A DNA stretch of 64,000 nucleotides from assembly GCA_965209155.1 (NCBI GenBank), contig OZ242383.1, forward strand, positions 1,888,001 to 1,952,000. The letters run 5' to 3'. The first letter of the stretch is position 1. Every line of letters begins with the position of its first letter. Shown here piece by piece: positions 9,228-19,073 of this stretch. Source of the stretch: a bacterium. GTDB taxonomy: Bacteria; SAR324; NAC60-12. The position numbers and the translations under genes are program-made. Under the pieces are notes generated by a model. It worked only from the letters and a program-made list of their open reading frames with translations, searched no databases and had not been told where the DNA came from.

Positions 9228-9242
9228 TGGCATGACTTTTGA
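9228..9242 (+). promoter_or_regulatory. Candidate sigma54 -24/-12 promoter
   Basis: TGGCAT-GACTT-TTGA (GA variant at -12), 85-200 bp downstream of the palindromes. Confidence 0.6.
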
Positions 9243-9426
9243 AGCTAAAGACTACCGGCAGGGGGGCAAAGCCCTGCAAAACGAGAACCAGAACCATGGC
9301 ACTCTGAAGGAGTGCCTCATCACCCAGAGCGGGAGGGAGACTGAAAACCCGATGAAAGGAGGAAATGCCTATGGTAATAAAACCCGTTTTGAAACAGCTG
9401 ATGGGCGCGTGAGAGCGTCATTTTGT

Positions 9427-9546
9427 CATTTATTTTTTATTTTTTTAAGGAGAATCTTATGAAATCGAAAATCGCTATTCTGTTAATGCCATTTATTTAT
9501 TCATTTTTTTTTAAGGAGAATCTTATGAAATCGAAAATCGCTATTC
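9427..9546 (+). repeat. 66-bp-period tandem duplication containing RBS+ATG
   Basis: TTTTTTTAAGGAGAATCTTATGAAATCGAAAATCGCTATTC occurs twice. Confidence 0.9.
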
Positions 9547-9596
9547 CAAACAACCCTTCATCTTGGCTTTTTAATCAAAAAGAAGAAAGGAATCAA

Positions 9597-11384
9597 ATGA
9601 ATCGACAAAAAAGCAAATCAACCTTCAGGTCAACCCTGCTGGCCCTCATGCTGCCTCTCATCCTGGGAGGAGCAGGCTTCTTGGGAAGCCCGGCCTGGGC
9701 AGCCGAAATTTGTGGTTTTTCGTCGGAGGCGGCAAAGAACGCCGGGCCGCAATACGGTGGGAGTATTACATTCCTGGACGGATTTGGGGCGGCTTTTCCG
9801 CCTACATCTTGGAGCAAAGGACCAGGTAGTTCGTGGACGGCAGGTATTTATCATGAACCGATGTATGAGACCCTTTTGGCTAATAACATTGAGCTTAAGG
9901 GGCCATGCGGCACAGGGGAATCTGGATTTTATCACTCTCAAGGTGAACTTTTAGAGTTGACAACAGGTCGGTTGGCTGAAAGATGGGAGTTACCCAATGC
10001 GAAAACACTTATTATCACACTACGTCGGGGAGTCATGTGGTCGGGCAAACCGGGAGTCATGGAATCAAGGGAGCTGACAGCGGACGATATAGTTTATAGC
10101 TTTGAATTAGGTTGGACGCGCTATCCGGGTGCGGGAAGTAACTGTTGCGCGGAGTCGATAACAGCTACGGATAGGTACACGATTATAATAAAGCATCAAA
10201 TAAATTTCAATACTGAATGGTCTCATGACTTTGGAACCGGGCATTGGGTTGGGTCGACCATCGTACCTCGTGAGCTGACGGACGAGGCTATGAAAGACTG
10301 GAAGACTCATGTGGGGCTGGGGACAGGCCCGTTCACACTCAAGGACGTCGTGGAAGGCAGCACGGTATCTTACGTAAGGAACCCCAATTACTGGGACAGT
10401 TACGTATTCAATGACAAGAAATACGAGATCCCGTTTATCGACCGCCTGGTAAAAACTGTAATACAGGATAAATCCTCCCAGGTCGCTGCGTTACGAACAG
10501 GGAAGATTGACGTGTATGATGTACTCGAAAAAAAATTCGTCGACTCGGTTAAAAGATCAAGTCCCAAACTAAAGATGATAGAGAAAACGGCGGAGAGAGC
10601 CTGGAGAATCGGCATGAGGGTGGATGTGAAGCCCTTTGACGATCTCAAGGTGCGCAAAGCAATCAGCATGGCTATAGATCGAGAAGCCTTTATCAATACC
10701 TTGCAGGGAGGTGCTGGAGTGATTTTAAACGCTGAGCTCCATGCAGGACTTCCAGAGACTCTTTATACTCCTCTGGAGAAGCTACCGCAATCAACTCGAG
10801 AGAATTTTGAGTATAACCCTGAGCGTGCGAGGCAACTATTAGCCGAGGCAGGCTACCCGAACGGTTTCGAGACTACCATACAAGCATATGCACGGGAGCC
10901 TGAGCGAGATGTGGTGTCTTTTCTGGTAGCTATGTGGAAGGATATCGGAATCGACGTTAAAATTGATCTGCGGGATTCGACTACTTTGGATGGAATACTT
11001 AATAAAAAAGAGCATGCGCCACTTACTTTTCTTACTAACTCAGTTGGTTATCCGGGAGTAACTTTTGCCGGTTTTGCAATTGATGAGTCTAATACTTATG
11101 CAGTTGCGATGGCTGATGACCTTGAAAACCAAGAGATTTTTGCGAAGTGGTCACAAACAGTGGACCCCGTTGAAGCGAACAAGATCATAAAGGGTTTGAA
11201 CCAGTTGTGGCTGGCGAAAGCTTATATGGCCTATGCACCAACTCCAATGGTAACCATGGCTTACTGGCCATGGGTAGAGAACTACGCCGGCGTAGTCAAT
11301 GATACCTCTGCTTTTTCTGTAGGCGGGATTTTCGCTCGTGCCTGGATCAACAGCGATTTAAAGGTAGAAATATTGGGACAGTAA
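9597..11384 (+). CDS. ABC transporter solute-binding protein, family 5 (DppA/OppA-like)
   Basis: Signal peptide ending AWA; PQYGG, LAERWE, GTGPF, VRKAISMAIDR, LLAEAGYPNG. In-frame upstream ATGs at 9459 and 9525. Confidence 0.9.
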   Translation: MNRQKSKSTFRSTLLALMLPLILGGAGFLGSPAWAAEICGFSSEAAKNAGPQYGGSITFLDGFGAAFPPTSWSKGPGSSWTAGIYHEPMYETLLANNIELKGPCGTGESGFYHSQGELLELTTGRLAERWELPNAKTLIITLRRGVMWSGKPGVMESRELTADDIVYSFELGWTRYPGAGSNCCAESITATDRYTIIIKHQINFNTEWSHDFGTGHWVGSTIVPRELTDEAMKDWKTHVGLGTGPFTLKDVVEGSTVSYVRNPNYWDSYVFNDKKYEIPFIDRLVKTVIQDKSSQVAALRTGKIDVYDVLEKKFVDSVKRSSPKLKMIEKTAERAWRIGMRVDVKPFDDLKVRKAISMAIDREAFINTLQGGAGVILNAELHAGLPETLYTPLEKLPQSTRENFEYNPERARQLLAEAGYPNGFETTIQAYAREPERDVVSFLVAMWKDIGIDVKIDLRDSTTLDGILNKKEHAPLTFLTNSVGYPGVTFAGFAIDESNTYAVAMADDLENQEIFAKWSQTVDPVEANKIIKGLNQLWLAKAYMAYAPTPMVTMAYWPWVENYAGVVNDTSAFSVGGIFARAWINSDLKVEILGQ

Positions 11385-11386
11385 TG

Positions 11387-11591
11387 AGCCCATCGGGGAA
11401 TGGAGCGATCTCATTCCCTACGCTCTTACATGTTCCTATCTCCTTTGATGTCCGTCTGGCCTGGTCTGGCTCTGATGATTGTCGTCTACGGCCTCAATAT
11501 TTTCGGCGACGCCCTCAGGGATTTGCTCGATCCCCGGTTGCGGGGTGCTGCAGGGCGCTATGGCGGGTCTCGCCAAAAGAGAGCTTCATGA
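11387..11591 (+). pseudogene. DppC-type permease C-terminal remnant
   Basis: WPGLALMIVVYGLNIFGDALRDLLDPRLRG only. Confidence 0.85.
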
Positions 11592-11625
11592 TTTTTAACG
11601 ATAACTCAATAAAGAGAGGGATTAT

Positions 11626-12399
11626 ATGTCCGGATTAATGGAAGGAAAAGTCGGTATAGTCACCGGTGCAGGGGCGGGAATAGGTCGTGCAAGCGCAAGG
11701 GCTTTTGCTGAAGAAGGTGCAAAGGTAGTCGTTTCAGATCTTGATCCAGTAGAGGGAGGAGAAACAGTTCGTCTTATTAAAGAAGCGGGAGGTCAAGCAC
11801 TCTTTTTTAAATGTGACGTTACCGATGAAGAACAGGTAAACGCACTGGTTGATTTTTGCGTCTCTCAGTTTGGACGGCTTGACTGGGCACACAACAATGC
11901 CGGGATTACTAGTGAATTTGCAGCCCTGGCAGACACGACAACCGAAAACTGGGATCGTGTGATCAAGACAAATCTCTATGGATGCTATTTCTCAATGAAA
12001 CACGAAATTCCGGCTATGCTTAAATCGGATGGCGGAGCTATTGTTAACACGGGTTCCAATGTAGGGGTAGTGTCGACAAGTTATGGGGCTTCTTATATCG
12101 CATCTAAATTTGCGGTAAGAGGCCTTACGCAGTGTGCTGCCTTGGACTATGCCAAGATAGGCATTCGTATAAATTCGATCAGCCCAGGCATGACAGATAC
12201 ACCTAATATAAGCGGCTTGAAGAAAGATAGACCTGAAAGTGTTAAAGCTTTTATAGATAATATTCCAATGGGTTGTTTAGCCAGTCCGGAAGATCAGGCA
12301 AACGCCGCGGTATTTCTCTGTTCTGATAAAGCTCGCCACATTACGGCAACGGATTTATTAGTTGATGGCGGACAGTTTGCAGAGATGGTACCGCTTTAA
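11626..12399 (+). CDS. Classical SDR oxidoreductase
   Basis: TGAGAGIG, NNAG, YIASK. Confidence 0.92.
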   Translation: MSGLMEGKVGIVTGAGAGIGRASARAFAEEGAKVVVSDLDPVEGGETVRLIKEAGGQALFFKCDVTDEEQVNALVDFCVSQFGRLDWAHNNAGITSEFAALADTTTENWDRVIKTNLYGCYFSMKHEIPAMLKSDGGAIVNTGSNVGVVSTSYGASYIASKFAVRGLTQCAALDYAKIGIRINSISPGMTDTPNISGLKKDRPESVKAFIDNIPMGCLASPEDQANAAVFLCSDKARHITATDLLVDGGQFAEMVPL

Positions 12400-12476
12400 T
12401 CTGATAGGAAATCGCTTTTTTCACGTCAAGCTTCTACCTCCCCCATGCGATAGGCGTGGACTAGCAAGGTGACATT

Positions 12477-12722
12477 AACGGCGCGGTGGTCCTGCAGGAT
12501 GATGAACTGACTGGTGAGCACCCCGGACGTATCCTGCGGCATAGGGCTTCTTCTTCCCTTTCTTTTTGACCCCCTTTTTCCGACCTGTTTCTAGATAAGT
12601 GGTGCGACGTTTTTTGGCTTTGGGCAGGAGCGCGGAGTCTGGGATGGGACCAAATGTAGCCGAGGATGGAGGGCAAGCAGCACGAAAAAAAGATAAATGA
12701 AAAGGGACTCCCTGACATTGAG
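12477..12722 (+). repeat. Copy of the amidohydrolase 3' end and downstream spacer (paralog of 26435-26680)
   Basis: Direct sequence match, e.g. GTGGTCCTGCA.GATGATGAA.TGAC.GGTGAGC through TGACATTGAG. Confidence 0.9.
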
Positions 12723-12807
12723 TTAGAGATTTAGCAGTCTCACTGGGTACGAAACCAGAGTACTTTCCGTGCCCAGCTATAAATAAGGCTCGCAGATACG
12801 CAAACGC

Positions 12808-12957
12808 TTATACCAAGCCCGTCAAAATGCAATCCGTGAGGAAAAAACAAGGCATATGCTTTTGGAAGAGGCCCTGCGAGACAAGGAAGAGGCAGAAGCT
12901 AAAGAAAAACGTCTCAGAGAAATCTTGAAAAAAGCTGGAATAGATCCGGATGTATAA
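12808..12957 (+). pseudogene. C-terminal fragment of an Rpn-like PD-(D/E)XK protein
   Basis: Manual translation LYQARQNAIREEKT..EKRLREILKKAGIDPDV*. Confidence 0.55.
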
Positions 12958-12989
12958 GCTCTTTTTCTTTGGTTCTCACGAAAAACATG

Positions 12990-13067
12990 AAAGATCAGGC
13001 GGCTCAATGAGTCCCGCCCCAACTGGTCAGCCCCCAGCAGAATCCAGGCGGATGGAGCTTTCAGGAT
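12990..13067 (-). pseudogene. Internal dppC fragment
   Basis: Matches 20740-20817 (LLGADQLGRD..SRLIF). Confidence 0.8.
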
Positions 13068-13095
13068 TCAGCTGGTTACCAGAAGACCCCCTCTT

Positions 13096-14238
13096 TTAAT
13101 ATACCCAATGGGCAGGAATGTTCTGCAAGGGGAGCACCTCTACCTTCTCGTGGAGGGGATAGCGGGTTTTGCCCGGATAGACCACCCAGAGTTTTTCCAA
13201 CTGTAGGCTGGAGAGGGCAGAAACCATGGACTTTGTCAAAGTCGGAGCATCCGTGTATTTGAATTCACACGCCCATCCTTTCCCTTCATGCTGCCAAAAT
13301 AAATCCACTTCCGCCCCCGAATGGGTCGCCCAAAAAAATGCCAGCTCGTCTGATTTTCCCACACTTCGCCACACGCAATCGAGCGCAAACCCTTCCCAGG
13401 AACTGCCCAACTTGGGATGGGAATGGAGCGCATGGGAACTTTCAACGGAGAGCAAAGCATGAAAAAGACCGGAATCCCGAAAATACAACTTTGGCCTTTT
13501 GACCAAACGCTTGCCAATATTGGTTTGCCAGGGTGGCAGAACCCGAATCATGAAAGTGCCTTTCAGAATATCCAAATAATGCCGGACCGTGGTATCCGCA
13601 ATACCAAAGGATTGCCCCAATTCTGAAAAATTGATGAGGTTCCCGTGATAATGACTCACCATTTGCCAAAAACGCCGCAAGGTCTCCGCACCAATCCGGA
13701 TTCCCAATCCAGGAATATCTCTTTCCAGAAAAGTTTGGATGTAATCCTCTCTCCACTGCATACTGACGGCATCCTCCGCTGCTAAAAAGGAAGGAGGCAG
13801 CCCGCCTCGTAACCATAATTGTTCCAACTCATCAGGTTGCGCATCATCTTTACGAAAGCCCAAAAGGGTATAATACGATATCCGCCCCGCCAAACTTTCT
13901 GAACTCTGGCGAATTAGGTCGCGACTCGCACTGCCTAAGAGCAAATAATGCTGCTTGGGGTTGGTGTCCACCAGATAACGGATCAACGCAAACAAATCCG
14001 GCTTGCGTTGTACTTCATCAATGACAATCAATCCCTGGCATCGCTCCAAGCTTAGTTGAGGATTCTGCAATTGTGCCAAGGCCTGTGGATTTTCCAAATC
14101 AAAATAATGATCCGCCTGAAATTGCCGGGCCAGCGTCGTTTTCCCCGATTGCCGGGGACCCAGCAATGCTGTCACTTTGAAATGATCGAGACGGGATCGT
14201 AACTCGGCGGTATCTTGAATACGGGGGATCATGCGCAT
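13096..14238 (-). CDS. AAA_14 ATPase with DUF4143 domain
   Basis: GPRQSGKTT, IDEVQ, SESLAGR, PKLYFRDSGL, GAEVD. Confidence 0.9.
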   Translation of the reverse strand: MRMIPRIQDTAELRSRLDHFKVTALLGPRQSGKTTLARQFQADHYFDLENPQALAQLQNPQLSLERCQGLIVIDEVQRKPDLFALIRYLVDTNPKQHYLLLGSASRDLIRQSSESLAGRISYYTLLGFRKDDAQPDELEQLWLRGGLPPSFLAAEDAVSMQWREDYIQTFLERDIPGLGIRIGAETLRRFWQMVSHYHGNLINFSELGQSFGIADTTVRHYLDILKGTFMIRVLPPWQTNIGKRLVKRPKLYFRDSGLFHALLSVESSHALHSHPKLGSSWEGFALDCVWRSVGKSDELAFFWATHSGAEVDLFWQHEGKGWACEFKYTDAPTLTKSMVSALSSLQLEKLWVVYPGKTRYPLHEKVEVLPLQNIPAHWVY

Positions 14239-14364
14239 TTATTCATTGAAATTTCTTTGAAAAAGACTGAACTTTCAATGTTAATAGTAAACAAACCCGA
14301 GCATTTGTCAATGAGAAAAAAGCATCTACAACCGCACCCAACCCAAGCTGCCAGAAAATAGTCA

Positions 14365-14421
14365 TTCTCTCGAGGTTTCTTTCAATGACAGAATCTTTGG
14401 GAAAAGGCTTCTAAGAGTAGT
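14365..14421. repeat. ~56-bp repeat, also at 29639-29694
   Basis: TTCTCTCGAGGTTTCTTT(C)AATGACAGAATCTTTGGGAAAAGG..TCTAAGAGTAGT. Confidence 0.85.
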
Positions 14422-14443
14422 GTCGAATGGCGCTTTTGTGCGC

Positions 14444-15414
14444 TTACCCGTTGAAAGAGGAGAGGAGTCGGGCCAGGAGGCCTCGTTTGCGTTTCCTCTT
14501 TGCGGCGCCATAACTGCCCTGACCGCCCCGCAGCCGGGGATCGAGCAAGTCCCTGAGGGCGTCCCCGAACATGTTGAGGGAGTAGACGACAATCGTCAGG
14601 AAAAGCCCCGGCCAGAAGGCCAGCCGGGGCGCCTGCTCCATGAAGCGGCGCCCTTCCCGGCTGAGCATCCCTCCCCAACTGGGTACCTTGATGGGCAGCC
14701 CGAAGCCGAGGAAACTCAGCGACGCTTCGGCAATAATGACGCCGCCGATGTTGATGGAGAAGATGATGATGATCGGTGCCATGATATTGGCAGCACATGG
14801 CGGGTCAGGATTCGACCCATGGGGGTGCCCACGGCCCGGGCGGCCAGAAAATAGTTATTCTCTTTGATACCGATCACCGCACCCCGGACGACACGGGAGC
14901 CCCCAATGCCGCCGGCGATCCCCAGCACGACGATGATCTGGAGCAAGCCCTGCCCCACGACCGACATGATCGTCAACAAGAGCAGCAGACCCGGAAACGC
15001 CATCCAGGCATCAACAAATCTTTGCACCGCCAGGTCCAGTTTCCCTCCAAGGAATCCGGAGGTGTCCCCGATCAGGAGCGCAACGAGAACATTGAGCGTG
15101 GTTGCGGCCAGACCCACCACTAAGGAAATACGAGCCCCGAAGATCAGGCGGCTCAGGAGGTCTCGGCCCAACTGGTCGGTCCCCAGCAGATGCTGGACGG
15201 ATACATCCTGCAGCCGGTCTGCCAGGTTGAGTTTATCATAGGGATACGGGGTCAACACATCCGCAAAGAGCGCAACAAAAATCAAGAGTAGGATGATCAT
15301 CCCGCAGAACGACCCCAGCGGCTTCTCCTGCCACAACCGGATGAAGAAATCCGCAAACCGGCATAGTCGTTTGGGCTCACGGATGGGGGAGGGTATCTCT
15401 ATGGCGTCGCTCAT
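14444..15414 (-). pseudogene. DppC-type permease, frameshifted
   Basis: Two ORFs; CTG CCA ATA TCA instead of CTG CCC AAT ATC (1-nt loss near 14790) relative to paralog 20047-21015. Confidence 0.85.
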
Positions 15415-15433
15415 GTTCTCGATTTCTCCATAG

Positions 15434-15503
15434 GTAGGGCCGGGTGACGTCCCGGCCTGAAAAACGCATCGCTCGTATTGGCCGGGACGTCACCCGGCCC
15501 TAC
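15434..15503. repeat. GTAG-type REP doublet hairpin
   Basis: GTAGGGCCGGGTGACGTCCCGGCC...GGCCGGGACGTCACCCGGCCCTAC, a perfect 24-bp stem. Confidence 0.85.
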
Positions 15504-15548
15504 CTTTTTTTGGCTATATTAGTCCTAACAATTCACACCTCATTGTTG

Positions 15549-15660
15549 TGTCGTCCCTCCAGGACTTTGAAGGAGACTGTATTTTGTGCCCAGCGATGAA
15601 TCTGGGCTACTTCCTTTCGTCCCTCTGGGACTTCTTCTGACATACGAATCTCAAACCTAT
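15549..15660. repeat. CGTCCCT.CGGGAC / CCCAGCGATGAATCGCTGGG palindromic repeat
   Basis: Same unit at 21149-21360, where it is tandemly expanded. Confidence 0.75.
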
Positions 15661-15680
15661 ATTTACCGGAAGCATAATGA

Positions 15681-16649
15681 CTATTCATACCGCACCCTCG
15701 GGTCCAAATAGGGATAGATCAGGTCGATGAGGAGATTGAGCCCTACAACCATAGTGGCGAAAAACAGGTTGATTCCGGAGACCATCGGGTAGTCCCGGTT
15801 TTGGAGGGCATTCACTAAGAGACGACCAAGCCCCGGCAGGTTGAAGATGTTCTCCATGATCACGGCACCCCCGACCAGGATCGGCAACTGCAGGCCGATC
15901 AGGGTGATAACCGGGATGAGGGCATTTTTGATGGTGTGCCGGATAATCACGACCCGCTCCCGGAGCCCCTTGGACCAGGCAGTGCGGATATAGTCCTGCC
16001 TTAAGACCTCCAGCATCATGGTGCGCATCATCCGCATGGTGGCGGCCGCTGAAGCCGTTCCCAGAATCAAGCTGGGAATGAAGAACCCCCAGAGATTCCC
16101 CAGCGGGTCCTCTGTGAAAGGAATCAGCTCCAGCGGGGGCGTCCAGCCCCACCAGATGGTGGGGTAGATCATCACCATCACTCCCAGCCAGAAGTTCGGT
16201 GTGGCCAGGCCGATGATGGCCAGGGAGCGCCCCACGTAGTCGGCGGCGGTATCCTGGCGAATCGCTGAGTAGATGCCGACCGGCAGGGCTATCACGAGCC
16301 CGATCACGATTGCCATGGCACCGAGCTGCATGGTCACCGGCAATCTATCTAATATCCTATCCTCTACCGAAAAACGGCCAAGCAGTGATTCGCCAAGGCT
16401 GCCGTGCAGTAAAATATCTCCTAGCCAGCGTCCATACTGCACGTAGACGGGCACGTCTAATCCCAGCCTACGCTCAAGAGCGTCACGGTCTGCATCGTCA
16501 ACCCTGCCATACCCACCCTCTGCGCTCTTAGCCACCATTGTGTCTATCACATCGCCGGGGATAAAGCGGACCGAGAGAAAGATCAGGATGGTCAAGATAA
16601 ACAGGGTGGGGATTATCAGCAATAACCGCCTGATGATATAGGCTCTCAT
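15681..16649 (-). CDS. DppB-type ABC permease
   Basis: MRAYIIRRLL, QDYIRTAWSKGL, FNLPGLGRL, DPRVRY. Confidence 0.93.
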   Translation of the reverse strand: MRAYIIRRLLLIIPTLFILTILIFLSVRFIPGDVIDTMVAKSAEGGYGRVDDADRDALERRLGLDVPVYVQYGRWLGDILLHGSLGESLLGRFSVEDRILDRLPVTMQLGAMAIVIGLVIALPVGIYSAIRQDTAADYVGRSLAIIGLATPNFWLGVMVMIYPTIWWGWTPPLELIPFTEDPLGNLWGFFIPSLILGTASAAATMRMMRTMMLEVLRQDYIRTAWSKGLRERVVIIRHTIKNALIPVITLIGLQLPILVGGAVIMENIFNLPGLGRLLVNALQNRDYPMVSGINLFFATMVVGLNLLIDLIYPYLDPRVRYE

Positions 16650-16654
16650 AAATC

Positions 16655-18457
16655 CTAATGCCCCATTTCTTTCTTCAGCTCACTATCAATCCAGAGGCGG
16701 GCCAACAGGGCCTTACGGTCATCCCGTCCTAACATTAATTCACCGTTGAAACCTATAACCCACGGCTGGATGGCGTTAAACGCTGGATTTATAGGACCCC
16801 ATACATAGATGTGGTTCTTTATAAGGTACATCTCTGCCTCTTTAACCGCCCTCTGCTGCTCCTCAATGGTAGTAGCGTCTCGGGCGGCTTCATACAGGAG
16901 GTCGTATTTGGGATCGTTGAGGTTTGGGGGGTTCCATGCTGTCTCCGAGTAACACCATTCAAGCGGGAGGAGAGGGCCATAAGGGTCGCTGCCAGCAATC
17001 CAAGTGGCCATATCTCCGTAAGTATGTTCACGTACATGAGCCAGATGAGTAGTTCGGTCCGCTACGGTAATCTCTACATCAACGCCAATCTCAGCCCAGT
17101 AGGCGGCGGCTATTTGTGTATAGTCTAAAAGGAAGAAATCGTAGTGTTCCAGGTCGACCGTAAATCTCATACCGTCCGGGCCGCGCGGATATCCGGCCTC
17201 ATCAAGCAACGCTTCTGCCCCTTCCAGGTCATAGGTATAGGTTTTCTTGACCTCTTCGGGCCACTCTTCAAATGGGGTGTTATACCCTAAGACGGCATCC
17301 CCTAGCAGGCCCCGAGGTTTCCACTTGGCATAACCCTTAAAGAAGGTATTGTTAATCGTCTCAAGGTCCAGTGCCATCTGCATTGCCTGGCGCACCCTGA
17401 CGTCGTTAAAGGGCGGCCTCTCCTCGCCTCCGCCCATGTTAAAAGCAAAAGCAGATTCCGACCGAGCTGCCCACGGGTAGAATTCGATTTCGGGGTTGGT
17501 CCGTCTGAGGCTCTCTCTGTCCTTGATTCGGAGCATTTCAGCGGCGCCAGCGAGACCTACGTAATCAGACTTACCCGTGCGCAGTGTCGCGAGAATTGTT
17601 GCGTCTTCCGTCATAATCAGGCCCCTTAACTGGTCAATATAGGGGAGGCGGTTCTCCGGATATTTTTCGTCGAAGCCCCAGTAGTCAGGATTCTTTTCCC
17701 AGGTCATAGAGCTGCCGTCGACCCAGTCAGTCATCATCCAGGGCCCGGTGCCGACCAGGTTCCTCCAATCCTTAACGTGGCCGTGTTGCTTTATTACCTC
17801 AGGGGGCATCATAAAAACAGGCCAGTCGCCGATGAGAGTCTGAGTCACCGACCCCCCGACCTGTGGCTGCTTCAGCTTAACAACAACCGTCCATTTGTCG
17901 GTGGCCTCTACCGATTCGAATATTGTCATGCCTTTGAGTGCGCCGGCATAGCCTGCAGGCGGTTCGGTGAAGCCGCTGCCCAGACCCAAATAGCGGTGAT
18001 AGTTGTATTCAACATCATAGGCATCAAATTCTCGACTGTTCATTGGTGCCTTATCATGCCAGTGAACGCCCTGGCGGATGTGGAAGACTATCGTTGTGGC
18101 GTCGGGCATTTCCCAGCTTTCCGCCAGTTGACCTTTATAGACAGATAGAGGGAAGGAGAAACCTGTGAAGTCCCATTCGTCCCTATCTATTCCCCAGTTC
18201 ATGATGCCTAGCTTCTCTGCAACACCATCGGCGCCCCTGGACGACCCAGCGCCGAAGGCGGGGTCAGCACTCGGAGGCTCAATCTTCATGACGAAGGTTA
18301 ATGTCCCGCCATACTCCGGCGCGGTCACCATCATTCCGGTGGTGGGATCTGTGACCATGTGTGAGTCGGCAAAGGCTGAGCCGACCCAGAAGGCGGTCAC
18401 CACCAGGGTGAGAGTTAACAACAATGATTGGATTGTTCTGGTTTTACTTTTTTTCAT
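16655..18457 (-). CDS. Family-5 ABC solute-binding protein (alternative in-frame start at 18592)
   Basis: AGGAGG RBS, signal peptide ending AFA, APEYGG, LAESWE, GTGPW. Confidence 0.92.
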   Translation of the reverse strand: MKKSKTRTIQSLLLTLTLVVTAFWVGSAFADSHMVTDPTTGMMVTAPEYGGTLTFVMKIEPPSADPAFGAGSSRGADGVAEKLGIMNWGIDRDEWDFTGFSFPLSVYKGQLAESWEMPDATTIVFHIRQGVHWHDKAPMNSREFDAYDVEYNYHRYLGLGSGFTEPPAGYAGALKGMTIFESVEATDKWTVVVKLKQPQVGGSVTQTLIGDWPVFMMPPEVIKQHGHVKDWRNLVGTGPWMMTDWVDGSSMTWEKNPDYWGFDEKYPENRLPYIDQLRGLIMTEDATILATLRTGKSDYVGLAGAAEMLRIKDRESLRRTNPEIEFYPWAARSESAFAFNMGGGEERPPFNDVRVRQAMQMALDLETINNTFFKGYAKWKPRGLLGDAVLGYNTPFEEWPEEVKKTYTYDLEGAEALLDEAGYPRGPDGMRFTVDLEHYDFFLLDYTQIAAAYWAEIGVDVEITVADRTTHLAHVREHTYGDMATWIAGSDPYGPLLPLEWCYSETAWNPPNLNDPKYDLLYEAARDATTIEEQQRAVKEAEMYLIKNHIYVWGPINPAFNAIQPWVIGFNGELMLGRDDRKALLARLWIDSELKKEMGH

Positions 18458-18681
18458 GATTCCTCCTATACATGAGGTGAAATAAGAAGATTCGCCATAC
18501 CATTGAGCGAATCGGATTTTCGCAGCAGACACAACATCTGCTATTTTTAGCCCCACGATCGGGGCAAAAAGTTGCTTGAAATACATAGCCATGGGAACTC
18601 CTTATACAAGAGATTGAAAATACTTCACCCGGCCATTGAGCACATCGAAAGAACGGGTACTCGAAGGCCTGGATGAGAAAC

Positions 18682-19030
18682 AAAAGATTCCCGGGGAAGA
18701 GGAATTGCTTTCACATATTTGATTCGTTTCCTCTCTTCCCCAAGCAAACCCATGGTACGATAGGTGCAATATATATATTGCAAGCTTTTTTTGTCATTTT
18801 TTTTATTTGAAATGCAAGCTACTGATATTATTGCAGTTGGTTAAGCGGTAGCGCATTCTTTTTACCTCTTTTTTCCGGTGAATTTGAGGATAGGCGCTGC
18901 AATGCTTTTTTGTTGCTCACCTCTTTGCGATAGACATTGCTTCATTCGATATTGATTTTTATGGAATAGCAAATTAATATGCTTGCATTCATACCGTCCT
19001 TCACAATCGTTTTAGTAATCAGGGAAAAAC
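18682..19030. repeat. Conserved divergent promoter/leader region, copy A
   Basis: Aligns with 24434-24780 and 32935-33123. Confidence 0.85.
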
Positions 19031-19073
19031 CAGAAATTTAAAAAGACGACTTGACCCCGGCTTGGAGACTAAA

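Noticed and set aside
12431..12465. Possible IS605-type end hairpin (CCCCATGCGATAGGCGTGG)
   Set aside because: Single short imperfect hairpin with no partner end; too weak to call.
12477..12722. DGR template/variable repeat pair with 26435-26680
   Set aside because: Mismatches are not adenine-specific and the copy extends far into intergenic DNA; it fits an ordinary duplication remnant.
14780..14800. Programmed frameshifting in dppC (and in the SBP at ~31160)
   Set aside because: No slippery heptamer, and intact paralogues exist; mutation or sequencing error is more likely.
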